DNA of 63,841 bases from NCBI GenBank assembly GCA_903935195.1, contig CAIZQW010000287.1, positions 1-63,841 on the forward strand, written 5' to 3'. Shown here piece after piece: positions 1-8,463 of the stretch. The notes under the pieces are model-generated. The model saw nothing but the letters and a program-made list of their open reading frames with translations. It was not told where the DNA came from and did not search any database. How positions within the stretch are numbered: the stretch's first letter is position 1; each line of letters opens with the position of its first letter. Position numbers and translations under genes: made by a program. This DNA is from an uncultured bacterium (GTDB lineage Bacteria; Verrucomicrobiota; Kiritimatiellia; RFP12; UBA1067).

Positions 1-425
1 ATCTTATTAACACTGATCGCATTCGGATCCTTCAACAAACTTTGTAACTTATCGCGATACTCCGAATCCACAACCGGTTCATCTAAAAACAGTGGTGTCG
101 GATATTCATAAGCCATCGGTTGCGCCCGTGCACAGGCGGTCGCGGCCCCAGCAGAGCCGCTGTTTAAAGGTTCGGCTGTATCATCGTCTCTCTCAATCAG
201 CTGCAGGTTAGGGTTTTGATAATTCTGGACAGCCGGATACATTCCATACGCAGCATAGTAACCCGAAAGGGCGAACTGGAGACACTCCAAGCGTTTGGTC
301 GTGACAGAACGCGCCTTTGCGTCAGCGGCAACGTTAATCAATTTAAAGGTGGCGCCCATGAGAATACTAATGATCGCAACCACGATCATCAGCTCAATCA
401 GGGTAAAGCCTTTATTCTTTTTCAT
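1..425 (-). CDS. Prepilin-type pseudopilin (T2SS GspG-like / type IV pilin-like); C-terminus lies beyond the window edge
   Basis: Minus-strand ATG at 423-425. Hand translation gives MKKNKGFTLIELMIVVAIISILMGATFKLINVAADAKARSVTTKRLECLQFALSGYYAAYG, which carries the canonical prepilin cleavage/methylation motif G/FTLIELMIV. It lies directly downstream of the gspF-like gene. It is absent from the ORF track because there is no stop codon inside the window. Confidence 0.85.
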   Translation of the reverse strand, partial: MKKNKGFTLIELMIVVAIISILMGATFKLINVAADAKARSVTTKRLECLQFALSGYYAAYGMYPAVQNYQNPNLQLIERDDDTAEPLNSGSAGAATACARAQPMAYEYPTPLFLDEPVVDSEYRDKLQSLLKDPNAISVNK

Positions 426-445
426 AGCGTAAACCTCCTTCCACC

Positions 446-1762
446 TTACGTCTGCTGCCCCATGGTGGTGATAATTTGGATCATCGGCATGAACATGGCC
501 ACCACGATCGTACCAACGATTACCGACAAGAAAATAATCATAATCGGCTCAATAATCGAGGTCATGCCCGCCACCGCATTATCCACCTCGTCATCATATG
601 TGTCCGCGACGCGGGTTAACATGTCCGCAAGTGCACCCGTCTCTTCACCCACTTCGACCATGGAGATCACCATCGGCGGAAATACCTTGCTCTGGGCCAG
701 AGGCTCTGTCATGCTTTCGCCCTCTTTGACGGCATCATGCACACTCTGAATCGCACGAGCGATCACCGCGTTCCCCGAGGTGTCACGCACAATGTCCAAA
801 GCCTGTAACACCGGCACACCAGACGAGAGGAGCGTCCCAAGGGTACGCGTCATACGCGCAATTGCTGTACGGCGAACCAAGGTGCCAAAGGCCGGCATTC
901 TCAGTTTGCAAACGTCAATGAAGTAGGCCCCGCCTGCTGTCTTCTTGAAGACCGTAAAGAGAAAGACAAAACCACCGATTCCGCCAAGAACAAGCAACCC
1001 GTTGTTCATCACAAAATTACTGGCGTTCATGACAAACTCTGTAATCGGGGGCAAGGGCTTATCACCCAAGAGGTCTCTGAAAATGTCTTTAAACTTGGGA
1101 ATCACCTTAACCAAGAGGAAGCCTGTAATACCGCAGGCAGCAAATAAAACGATAACCGGGTAAATCATCGCCCCCTTGACCTTGTTCTTGATCTTCTCGG
1201 CCTTCTCAGCAAACTCAGCCAGTCGATTCAAGACAACTTCTAACACACCACCCGCCTCGCCTGCCCTGACCATGTTGATATAGAGATGGTTGAAGATCTT
1301 CGGGTGATTCTGAAGTGACTCCGAGAAGGTACTGCCGCTCTCCACGGACTCACACATCTCTTTCAACGCTTCCCGCAACGTGGGATTCGGCGTCTGGCGC
1401 TCCAAGACATGCAGGCCTCTCAAGAGGGGCAAGCCAGCATCGACGAGTGTCGCCAGCTGGCGTGTCAAGACGGTCAAATCTTTCTGTTTTACACCCGCCC
1501 GTAAGAATTTGGGCATCTTCAGGTTAATATTGATATCCATGGCCCTTTTCTTGGGCGCAACCTTCTTGGCGGGTGCTGGAGTAGACCCTCCCTTTGCAGG
1601 AGCTGCCCCACCCGATGACTCCCCTCCTACGGCACCAATCGCCGTTGGAAACAGGCCTTGACTCCGCACTTTGGCAATCGCCTGGGCTTGATTAGGGGCC
1701 TCAATAGATCCACGCGTCTCTTGTCCTGCCGAATCAACAGCAATATAGGCAAATTTGGGCAT
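446..1762 (-). CDS. gspF: Type II secretion / type IV pilus platform protein GspF/PilC family
   Basis: From ORF 446..1801. Start trimmed to MPKFAYIAVDSAGQETRGSIEAPNQAQAIAKVRSQGLFP, a typical GspF/PilC N-terminus. It has two T2SSF-type repeats with membrane segments and a pseudopilin gene downstream. Confidence 0.9.
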   Translation of the reverse strand: MPKFAYIAVDSAGQETRGSIEAPNQAQAIAKVRSQGLFPTAIGAVGGESSGGAAPAKGGSTPAPAKKVAPKKRAMDININLKMPKFLRAGVKQKDLTVLTRQLATLVDAGLPLLRGLHVLERQTPNPTLREALKEMCESVESGSTFSESLQNHPKIFNHLYINMVRAGEAGGVLEVVLNRLAEFAEKAEKIKNKVKGAMIYPVIVLFAACGITGFLLVKVIPKFKDIFRDLLGDKPLPPITEFVMNASNFVMNNGLLVLGGIGGFVFLFTVFKKTAGGAYFIDVCKLRMPAFGTLVRRTAIARMTRTLGTLLSSGVPVLQALDIVRDTSGNAVIARAIQSVHDAVKEGESMTEPLAQSKVFPPMVISMVEVGEETGALADMLTRVADTYDDEVDNAVAGMTSIIEPIMIIFLSVIVGTIVVAMFMPMIQIITTMGQQT

Positions 1763-1861
1763 AAGAAAGTCTCCACTAGACAGGTCTACCGTACAACACA
1801 CGCTTCATTTATACTCTTTTTAAATAGTACCACAGATTGCGCAGGTGCTACAATCAAAAAC

Positions 1862-2497
1862 TTAGGCCAGAGAGAGGCTTCCGAAGCACGTGGGGAGGTG
1901 AAAATTTCGGGCTGAAAGCGGTGCCCAGGAGACCCAGTGCGGATGGGAGGTAGCATCGCCACATTTGTAGAAATTTCCACGCCAAATCTTCTCGGTCAGT
2001 GGACCTGTGAAGGGCTCAAAAAGAGCGTACGGAAGTCGGTATCGTAAGGTCCATTGCGCAGCCTGTTCGGGTTCAACCACACGCGGCAGAGTGGAGTAAA
2101 TTTCAATCTGGCTCCCCCAGGCTAGATCCATGGGAGTCCATTTGGCAAAGCCATGAGGGACCCGCGTGGGATCTTCAATGTAGGATGCTAAGAGTGTCCC
2201 GCCCGCATTGATCTCGATGTTGAAGTATCCCTTGCCTGTCACCGGTTGAACAAAAAACTCCACACAACTATCCGTGTAGACTGGACTCTGATATACCGTC
2301 TGAACAGACCTAACATGGGCTTCGTTGACGCAAAACTGAACATAAAGCGCCTCCCCGTCATGAAGCACATAGAAGCGGGTTTCGGGTGCAGCTCCATTCG
2401 ATTCAGGGCGAACAACTGCAATGCGTCCCTCTTCGGCAATCGAGAAGTCGATGGATGAGAGCGGGGCAGGCGTTATTCTGTTGATGGTGTAGTGCAT
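1862..2497 (-). CDS. Carbohydrate-binding family 9-like (CBM9_2/DOMON-like) protein
   Basis: From ORF 1862..2524. The C-terminal NFHLPTCFGSLSL and the WxGNFYKCGD pattern are typical of CBM9-like proteins. Start trimmed to MHYT (2497) because the first 9 codons are encoded by the 9-bp tandem repeat. Confidence 0.6.
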   Translation of the reverse strand: MHYTINRITPAPLSSIDFSIAEEGRIAVVRPESNGAAPETRFYVLHDGEALYVQFCVNEAHVRSVQTVYQSPVYTDSCVEFFVQPVTGKGYFNIEINAGGTLLASYIEDPTRVPHGFAKWTPMDLAWGSQIEIYSTLPRVVEPEQAAQWTLRYRLPYALFEPFTGPLTEKIWRGNFYKCGDATSHPHWVSWAPLSARNFHLPTCFGSLSLA

Positions 2498-2506
2498 CGT
2501 GTTCTT

Positions 2507-2540
2507 GTCGGACAGGTCGGACAAGTCAGACAGGTCAGAC
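2507..2540. repeat. 9-bp tandem repeat GTCRGACAR, about 3.8 copies, followed by CTTTTTT
   Basis: Read directly: gtcggacag gtcggacaa gtcagacag gtcagac. It lies in the larC-to-CBM9 spacer. Confidence 0.9.
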
Positions 2541-2552
2541 CTTTTTTCCTGG

Positions 2553-3776
2553 TTATTTCGGCCAAACTTGCCTAACGCTCACGCCATGAGCCTTTGCCAA
2601 GGCTTCACAGGCATCATGCTCTGGCGAGCGCGTAATGACTTCGCCCTTGTAAAGCCCTACCTTGACCGGGATCTTTCCATACGGTGTCTCGAGCTGCTCA
2701 AAACGACGCTCCAGCACCTCGCGCTGGACAGGATAATAGCGAATCCCAAAGGTCGTTGTACCTCTGAACATCACTTCCCGCAAAGCCGCAGCGCTGGCTT
2801 CAGTCGCCAGCACGCTTAAGAGAATGGCGGTACGCCCCTTCTTCATCACAATCGGCGTCTGCCAGACATCCAAGGCCCCCTTCTCCAGCAAGACCGGGAC
2901 CAGCGAGGCAATCCATTCCGGATTGCAATCATCCAAGTTAGCCTCCAGTACCAGCAGGGCTTCGCCTGCTGGAAACTTGAAACTGGAAACTTGAAACTCG
3001 TCATTTGCCTCCGCCATCAGCGTGGCGCGCAGGACATTCGGACGGCGTTGTAAGGTTCGCTGGCCAAAACCGAAGCCGCTCTTCTCAATGACAGTCTCAT
3101 CCGGTACGCGCTCCAAGGTCTGGGTCCAGACACGCAAGAGTGCTGCCCCTGTCGGGGTTACCAGCTCAAACGGTTCGTCGGTCTGCATGACGCGCATTCC
3201 TTGAAGAAGCTCTTGCGTGGCTGGGGCAGGATTGGGCATCTGACCATGGGAGCAGGAAATCGTCCCAACACCCGCCGGAAGCGGACCGCAACTCACACCA
3301 CACACGCCCAACTGCTCTAACGCAAGGCACGCGCCAACAATATCGGCCACAGAGTCCCAGGCACCCACTTCATGGAAGTGAATCTTCTCAAGCGACGTGT
3401 TGTGAATCTTAGCCTCCGCCTCACCCAAGGCACGAAAGACACTCACCGCCAACCCCCGACTCGCCTCTGAGAGTGGCGCCCCTGCCAACAGGGCCTCAAT
3501 CTCCTTTAGTCCACGGTGCGCATGTTCCTGATGATGTGCATCTCGCCACTCGCCACTTTTAACTTTCAAGTTTTCACTTTTAACTTCGACTGTCATCCTA
3601 ACACCATTGAGGCCGGCATCCGAAACTGGCTCGCATCGAAGGTGTAATTTCTCAGGAAAGAACGCATTCAGGGTTTTCTCAATGGCTTGAAGATCTGCGC
3701 CGAGAACAGCCAACGCCGAGAGGATCATGTCACCACTGGCACCGCCTACACTATCAAAACGAAGGTATTTTTTCAT
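2553..3776 (-). CDS. larC: Nickel-pincer cofactor biosynthesis protein LarC (nickel insertion cyclometallase, DUF111)
   Basis: From ORF 2553..3836. Evidence is the MKKYLRFDSVGGASGDMILSAL N-terminus, the His-rich WRDAHHQEHAHRG stretch and the C-terminal LEANLDDCNPEW domain. Start set to 3776, giving an ATGA overlap with the stop of the upstream gene. Confidence 0.85.
   Translation of the reverse strand: MKKYLRFDSVGGASGDMILSALAVLGADLQAIEKTLNAFFPEKLHLRCEPVSDAGLNGVRMTVEVKSENLKVKSGEWRDAHHQEHAHRGLKEIEALLAGAPLSEASRGLAVSVFRALGEAEAKIHNTSLEKIHFHEVGAWDSVADIVGACLALEQLGVCGVSCGPLPAGVGTISCSHGQMPNPAPATQELLQGMRVMQTDEPFELVTPTGAALLRVWTQTLERVPDETVIEKSGFGFGQRTLQRRPNVLRATLMAEANDEFQVSSFKFPAGEALLVLEANLDDCNPEWIASLVPVLLEKGALDVWQTPIVMKKGRTAILLSVLATEASAAALREVMFRGTTTFGIRYYPVQREVLERRFEQLETPYGKIPVKVGLYKGEVITRSPEHDACEALAKAHGVSVRQVWPK
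2971..2998. repeat. Perfect 14-bp tandem duplication (GGAAACTTGAAACT x2) inside larC
   Basis: Read directly. It encodes EFQVSSFKFP, with the two copies read in different frames. An inverted 12/14 relative, AACTTTCAAGTTTTC, lies at 3561-3575. Confidence 0.9.
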
Positions 3777-6700
3777 GGCAGCAGCTTTTTCCAGACACGG
3801 AGCAACTCGGACATTCCCCAGGCCTGCGCCACACAACCCCGCGCAAGATGGGGCGCATCGCCATCGCAGATTTCAGGTGTATGACAGAGGCAACCTCGGT
3901 TAATCAGTTCAAGCGAGGAGCTGAGCAAGGAGAGGCCGGTCTCCCGTGCCTCCTCGCCATAAACCTTAACCAACGCTTCAACATAGAGCGGGAAGGGCCA
4001 CGTCCAGGCTGTTCCATTGTGATAAGCAGGTTTTCGACGGGTATCCTCATCTCCAAGATAATGCCCTTGGTAGGGATGATGGGGATCATTCAACAGGACA
4101 CCGTCGCGCAGAACAGGCAGCGCCATCTTGACTGGTCTATCGGCTAGACTTCGGATCGCGCCTGGCACCAACAAACCTTCGCAAGCGCGGAGAATATCCC
4201 GTTCCATCTCTGGGTTGTGTAGCACATCAAGGGTCACAGCCAACAATTGATTCGGCCGGAGCGTATCTTCGGGCAGCGCATCTTTTGCAGGAACTCCTGA
4301 TTGTGCCCGCAGGCAGTCCGCGAGCCACCCTTCGGGCATCATAAAATAACGTCGCACAGAATCCGTCGCACGTTCAGCTAGCGTGACCCACGAAAGGTCG
4401 ATCGTATGCGCCACGCTTTGGAGGGCCGCAATCCACAAGGCTTGGATATCGATCGGATATCCCTCGCGTGGCGTGGCTGCTGGATAGTTTGTATCCATCC
4501 AGGTATAGTGCGGTGGACTGTAGATCAGGCCACTCTCCGGATCCATGCGGATGCCATTGGGCGTACCGTCACGATAGTGCGAGAGGATCGAGAGCAAGAC
4601 CTCGCGCAAGGGGCGTGTCCCACAAAGCATATTCAGAACACGGTCATCATCCTTCATGGCCTTCATCAAATCCCCAGCAGCCACACAGAGCCACAACGGG
4701 GCGTCGGAGGTCTCGCGATTGGCGTCATCCTCGCCGCGAATCATATTGGGCAAGGTGCCCGCCTTTTCAAAACGTGCAAACTCACGCAAGATATTCAATG
4801 CCGCATCGTGGCGTCCAGCCGCAATCAGACCGCGCAATGCAATCAGGGTGTCGCGACCCCAATCCAGAAACCAAGGGTACCCCGCAATGACCGTGCTCAG
4901 CGCATCGCGCCGGACCACATAGAGCGATAAGGCATCCGCCACGCCCTCGGCCAAGGGCATCTCCCGGCTGATGGCGGGCTTTTCCGCAGCACCGTGCGAG
5001 GGCTTCTGGGCACTGGCCATGGTCCCTTCATCATGACGCCAGGCGGAGAGCGTTGAAACATCGCCCCCTTTAAGCGGCAAACCGAACCAACCCGGACTAA
5101 AGAGATCGCCGGAACCGTCGAGCCCCCGCTCTGCCTCTTCCGGGTGAGGCACAAGGTAATGCCAAGCCTGTTCGCTCGAAAAATGTCCATGCGACACCTC
5201 CATGGAGAGTGTCTCATGGGCGGCGGGAGAGAAGGTGAAACCTTTAATCTGTGACCGTATGGCAGCAGGCCAGGCTGTCTCAGGTCCTGTGTACGCCTTG
5301 GTGGTCTCATGGAAACTCCGCCATTCAATATCCGGACGCAGAATCACGGAGACCTCATCGTGCGCCTTTAACGCCTCCCCGTGCACATGGCGCATGATCA
5401 CCAGATTGACGCGATTGGCATCCTTCTCGATTTCCAGACGGAAGCTCAAGGGAACCCACTGCCCCATGCCACACGGCACCGTGAAGAACCATTCGACAAA
5501 ACGGCCCGCGGGATCAGCATCAAAATAGGTCAAACAACTCTTGTTGATCTCCTGCGAGTAGCCTCGATAGTTGAGCCATGCGCGACACCGTGTCCAAAAG
5601 ATCCGTTTATCCACAGGGACTGTTGGATGAGAATTGACCGCAAGCAAGCAATCATACTGGCTACGGAGTTCGCCCCAGGCAATTCGCACCTGCGACATGG
5701 CGCCTGCGCCATTGGACAGAACAGAGAGATAGGTGCCATCCATCTCGCGAATCTGGCGGCCCATGAGGCGTGTCACCATGCAGGCACGTTCTCCGGGAGG
5801 CAAGAGCAAGACCGTGGATTCATGCCGCTGGATGCCCGATGAGAGATATGCAATGGTGTGCAACGTGCGCTGTTCAGCACAGGTATTATCACCTGCGTAG
5901 GGCGGAGGGGCAAGAAAGGCGCACCACTGTCCATTCTTCAACTGCACAGACGTTTCCATACAGAGGGTGTGGTCTCCCTCTTTCAGCGTTGCCATAAAGG
6001 CGTGTGGCGCACGCACCAAAAGCAAATGCCCTTGCGGAATCATCACCTGCCGGCGTGTATCCTCCGGCCAGGTCCATGTTGTACAACGAGGCAAGCCTCC
6101 TGGCGTACGAGCACAGAAAAGCAAGGGATCTTCAATCAAAGCCTCTCCCAAAGCATCTGGATCTGTCTCTTCCGCAAGCGCAATAGCCTGATCTTCTGAC
6201 AGAGCCAATTTAACCTTCATGGCCATCAGGTTACGCCGCCGATTGGAAATGCTCTGAGGCTCGGTGACGACCGGATCACCCAGAACTGTGTTCAAATATT
6301 CCAGGTCTCCTTCGTCCGTCGTCAGACAGATCACCTGTCCGGAAGACAAGGTCACATTCGTGGCATGGAGGTGATGATGAGTTCCCGTCAACAGATCAAT
6401 CATGCGCCCGGGCTTGAACGCCTCCTGATCCCAGCGAGCGGTCACAGGCTGGTGACAATCCAAATTCACGAGAATCAGAAGCGAGGCCCCCTCGCCTGGG
6501 GCGAGTCCACGCAAGAGCGCTAAGAAGGATCCCTCCCCCTGCTGGATCATGCGCAGATGCGACGTACTCCCAAAGGCGGGATGGGTGGCGAGTAAGGTTG
6601 TGAGGCGCAAAAGCTCTTGTATTTGATTTTCGTGTGCCCCCCAATTGAGTGCAGAAGCCCCATGGACATCAATCCGCTCAGAGGCAAACCACTCCACACC

Positions 6701-8041
6701 ATTGGCCATCCCAAAGGCACCCTGATGTGAGAGCAACGCCGAAAGAGCCGTGCGCATGCGCGCAAAGGTCGGTCCCCCTCGTGCGGCGAGACGCATATTG
6801 TCGTGCGTCTCTGCAAAGTGGATCAGCGGCCCGCATTTTTCAGCCATGGCAATGGCCTGCGGCAAATACCATTCGATGGCGGAGCGGTCATCCGTCTGGA
6901 AGAGTTCCGAGTAGGCCCAGTTTAGATGAGACTCCGAGAGAAGTCGCTCCGTGACCTGCACACTGCCACCCAGACCTTCGAGCAGGAAGATGCAATCGGG
7001 ATACTCTTCCCGGACACGTGCCACGATGTAAGTCCACGTCTCCACGGGAATCATATATCCAGCATCACATCGAAAGCCATCAACGCCTTGCCGGCACCAG
7101 TAGAGAAAGACATTTGCCATATAGGCGCGCAATCGCGGATCATTGTAATCCAACTCCACAAGATCCGCCCAGATCACCCCCCAGGCCCCTGGAGAGACAA
7201 ACTCGCCATCAGGTTTGCGATGATACCAGTCCGGATGATGGGTCTGAAGCGTCGACGCCCAGCCCGTATGGTTCGCAGGCAGATCGAGATAGAGATGACC
7301 CGAACGACTATGGACCGCATCCACCAACTCCCGGAACTGGTCAAGGGGCGTGGCATGGGTATCAAACTCCGCGAGGGCCGGATCCACCGAAAGAAAATCA
7401 AGCGCTGCAAAGGGGGACCCGTAACGCCCCATACGCGCAAAGATCGTCGGGGTCGGATGGATCGGAAGGAGTTGCACGATACGGAAACGCATCGTCTGCA
7501 TGATGTGGTCCAGCTGACGGACCACGTTTCGGAAGGTGCCCGAGGGAGGAATGACCACATAACCAGCGTCATCGAGCGCTTTTTCATGCTCCTGCGTTTC
7601 GGGACGACTCGGATTCCGTTGTAATGCCGCGCCAAACTGTCGGACAAAGATCGTGTACATCGTGTTCGCAACAGCCGTGTGAGCAGGCTCAACCTTAATC
7701 TGAAGATTTTCCCCCTCTGGCCATTGCGGGAGGTGTTTGCCGTGCTCAAAGAAACAGGCCTTGCCTGAGAAGATGCCGACCTCTGTCAGCGGGATGCGCA
7801 CCGAGAAACAGCCAGGCGCATTCTCATTCATCGGGATGTCATGCCAATCCCGAGCGAGGGGTGCCTCGCCAGACTCGGTATGAGCAATAATCTCCTTGCG
7901 ACGGATTGAGGCGCGACCGATATTGGTCCGGAAGACCGCGCGGCCCTTGGGCGCGTTGTCGAACCGTAGCGTGATCTCGAGAAGATCACCCGCCCACTTT
8001 AAGATAAAATCTCCCGGCCGCGGATACTGTTGCATAGTCAC
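3773..8041 (-). CDS. Glycogen-debranching-type enzyme: N-terminal GH13 alpha-amylase-family domain fused to C-terminal amylo-alpha-1,6-glucosidase (GDE_C/GH133-like) domain
   Basis: 1422-aa ORF. GH13 regions are present: YLDLPANHTGW (I), GFRCDAGYM (II), FLLEGLGG (III) and FAETHDN (IV). The C-terminal half carries GYPWFLDWGRDTLIALRGL, the hallmark of GDE_C. Confidence 0.8.
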   Translation of the reverse strand: MTMQQYPRPGDFILKWAGDLLEITLRFDNAPKGRAVFRTNIGRASIRRKEIIAHTESGEAPLARDWHDIPMNENAPGCFSVRIPLTEVGIFSGKACFFEHGKHLPQWPEGENLQIKVEPAHTAVANTMYTIFVRQFGAALQRNPSRPETQEHEKALDDAGYVVIPPSGTFRNVVRQLDHIMQTMRFRIVQLLPIHPTPTIFARMGRYGSPFAALDFLSVDPALAEFDTHATPLDQFRELVDAVHSRSGHLYLDLPANHTGWASTLQTHHPDWYHRKPDGEFVSPGAWGVIWADLVELDYNDPRLRAYMANVFLYWCRQGVDGFRCDAGYMIPVETWTYIVARVREEYPDCIFLLEGLGGSVQVTERLLSESHLNWAYSELFQTDDRSAIEWYLPQAIAMAEKCGPLIHFAETHDNMRLAARGGPTFARMRTALSALLSHQGAFGMANGVEWFASERIDVHGASALNWGAHENQIQELLRLTTLLATHPAFGSTSHLRMIQQGEGSFLALLRGLAPGEGASLLILVNLDCHQPVTARWDQEAFKPGRMIDLLTGTHHHLHATNVTLSSGQVICLTTDEGDLEYLNTVLGDPVVTEPQSISNRRRNLMAMKVKLALSEDQAIALAEETDPDALGEALIEDPLLFCARTPGGLPRCTTWTWPEDTRRQVMIPQGHLLLVRAPHAFMATLKEGDHTLCMETSVQLKNGQWCAFLAPPPYAGDNTCAEQRTLHTIAYLSSGIQRHESTVLLLPPGERACMVTRLMGRQIREMDGTYLSVLSNGAGAMSQVRIAWGELRSQYDCLLAVNSHPTVPVDKRIFWTRCRAWLNYRGYSQEINKSCLTYFDADPAGRFVEWFFTVPCGMGQWVPLSFRLEIEKDANRVNLVIMRHVHGEALKAHDEVSVILRPDIEWRSFHETTKAYTGPETAWPAAIRSQIKGFTFSPAAHETLSMEVSHGHFSSEQAWHYLVPHPEEAERGLDGSGDLFSPGWFGLPLKGGDVSTLSAWRHDEGTMASAQKPSHGAAEKPAISREMPLAEGVADALSLYVVRRDALSTVIAGYPWFLDWGRDTLIALRGLIAAGRHDAALNILREFARFEKAGTLPNMIRGEDDANRETSDAPLWLCVAAGDLMKAMKDDDRVLNMLCGTRPLREVLLSILSHYRDGTPNGIRMDPESGLIYSPPHYTWMDTNYPAATPREGYPIDIQALWIAALQSVAHTIDLSWVTLAERATDSVRRYFMMPEGWLADCLRAQSGVPAKDALPEDTLRPNQLLAVTLDVLHNPEMERDILRACEGLLVPGAIRSLADRPVKMALPVLRDGVLLNDPHHPYQGHYLGDEDTRRKPAYHNGTAWTWPFPLYVEALVKVYGEEARETGLSLLSSSLELINRGCLCHTPEICDGDAPHLARGCVAQAWGMSELLRVWKKLLP

Positions 8042-8154
8042 ATACCAAAACAGGATGAAAAGTTGCCATATTATGAAGAAGGCAGGCTCAAAATGAAAGT
8101 CTATTTTTCAGACGCTTTCAATGACAAAGATGAAACGACAACGCTAAAATAACA

Positions 8155-8184
8155 AACGCCGAAGGGTGTGTCTCCTTCGGCGTT
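8155..8184 (-). terminator. GC-rich hairpin with a T-run on the minus strand (candidate intrinsic terminator)
   Basis: AACGCCGAAGG (8155-8165) pairs with CCTTCGGCGTT (8174-8184) around an 8-nt loop. On the minus strand it is followed by TTGTTATTTT. Confidence 0.5.
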
Positions 8185-8203
8185 CGTCCTGTGTAACACA
8201 GGA

Positions 8204-8261
8204 GTGTGGTGTAATTTATATAATTTGTGTGTGTGTGTGGTGTATATCTAGTTGTGGTGTG
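8204..8261. repeat. TG-rich word repeats (GTGTGGTGT x3) including a (TG)7 microsatellite at 8226-8239
   Basis: GTGTGGTGTA occurs at 8204-8213 and 8235-8244, and TGTGGTGTG at 8253-8261. The perfect palindrome CCTGTGT-A-ACACAGG lies at 8188-8202. Confidence 0.85.
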
Positions 8262-8337
8262 TGTATGAAAAAAGTAATAATACTATAGCAACTGTCATGC
8301 CAGATCATTTTATGCTGTTTTTTCGTCACTTTTTACC

Positions 8338-8382
8338 TAAAAAAGAATAAAACACCCAGGGTAGGGTGTTTTATTCTTTTTT
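8338..8382. terminator. Bidirectional intrinsic terminator downstream of lpxD
   Basis: A 12-bp stem, AATAAAACACCC (8346-8357) pairing with GGGTGTTTTATT (8364-8375), has a 6-nt loop. It is flanked by an A-run upstream and CTTTTTT downstream. Confidence 0.75.
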
Positions 8383-8463
8383 GGAGCCCTTCTCGCTGCA
8401 TTCAACTAAATGCATTAAAAAGAAAAGCTGCCTATTACAGTATACAGTGCGTCAGAAGGTCAC

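Noticed and set aside
216-749. 177-codon plus-strand ORF at the left end.
   Set aside because: It overlaps the pseudopilin and gspF genes on the opposite strand. The translation is compositionally odd and has no motifs.
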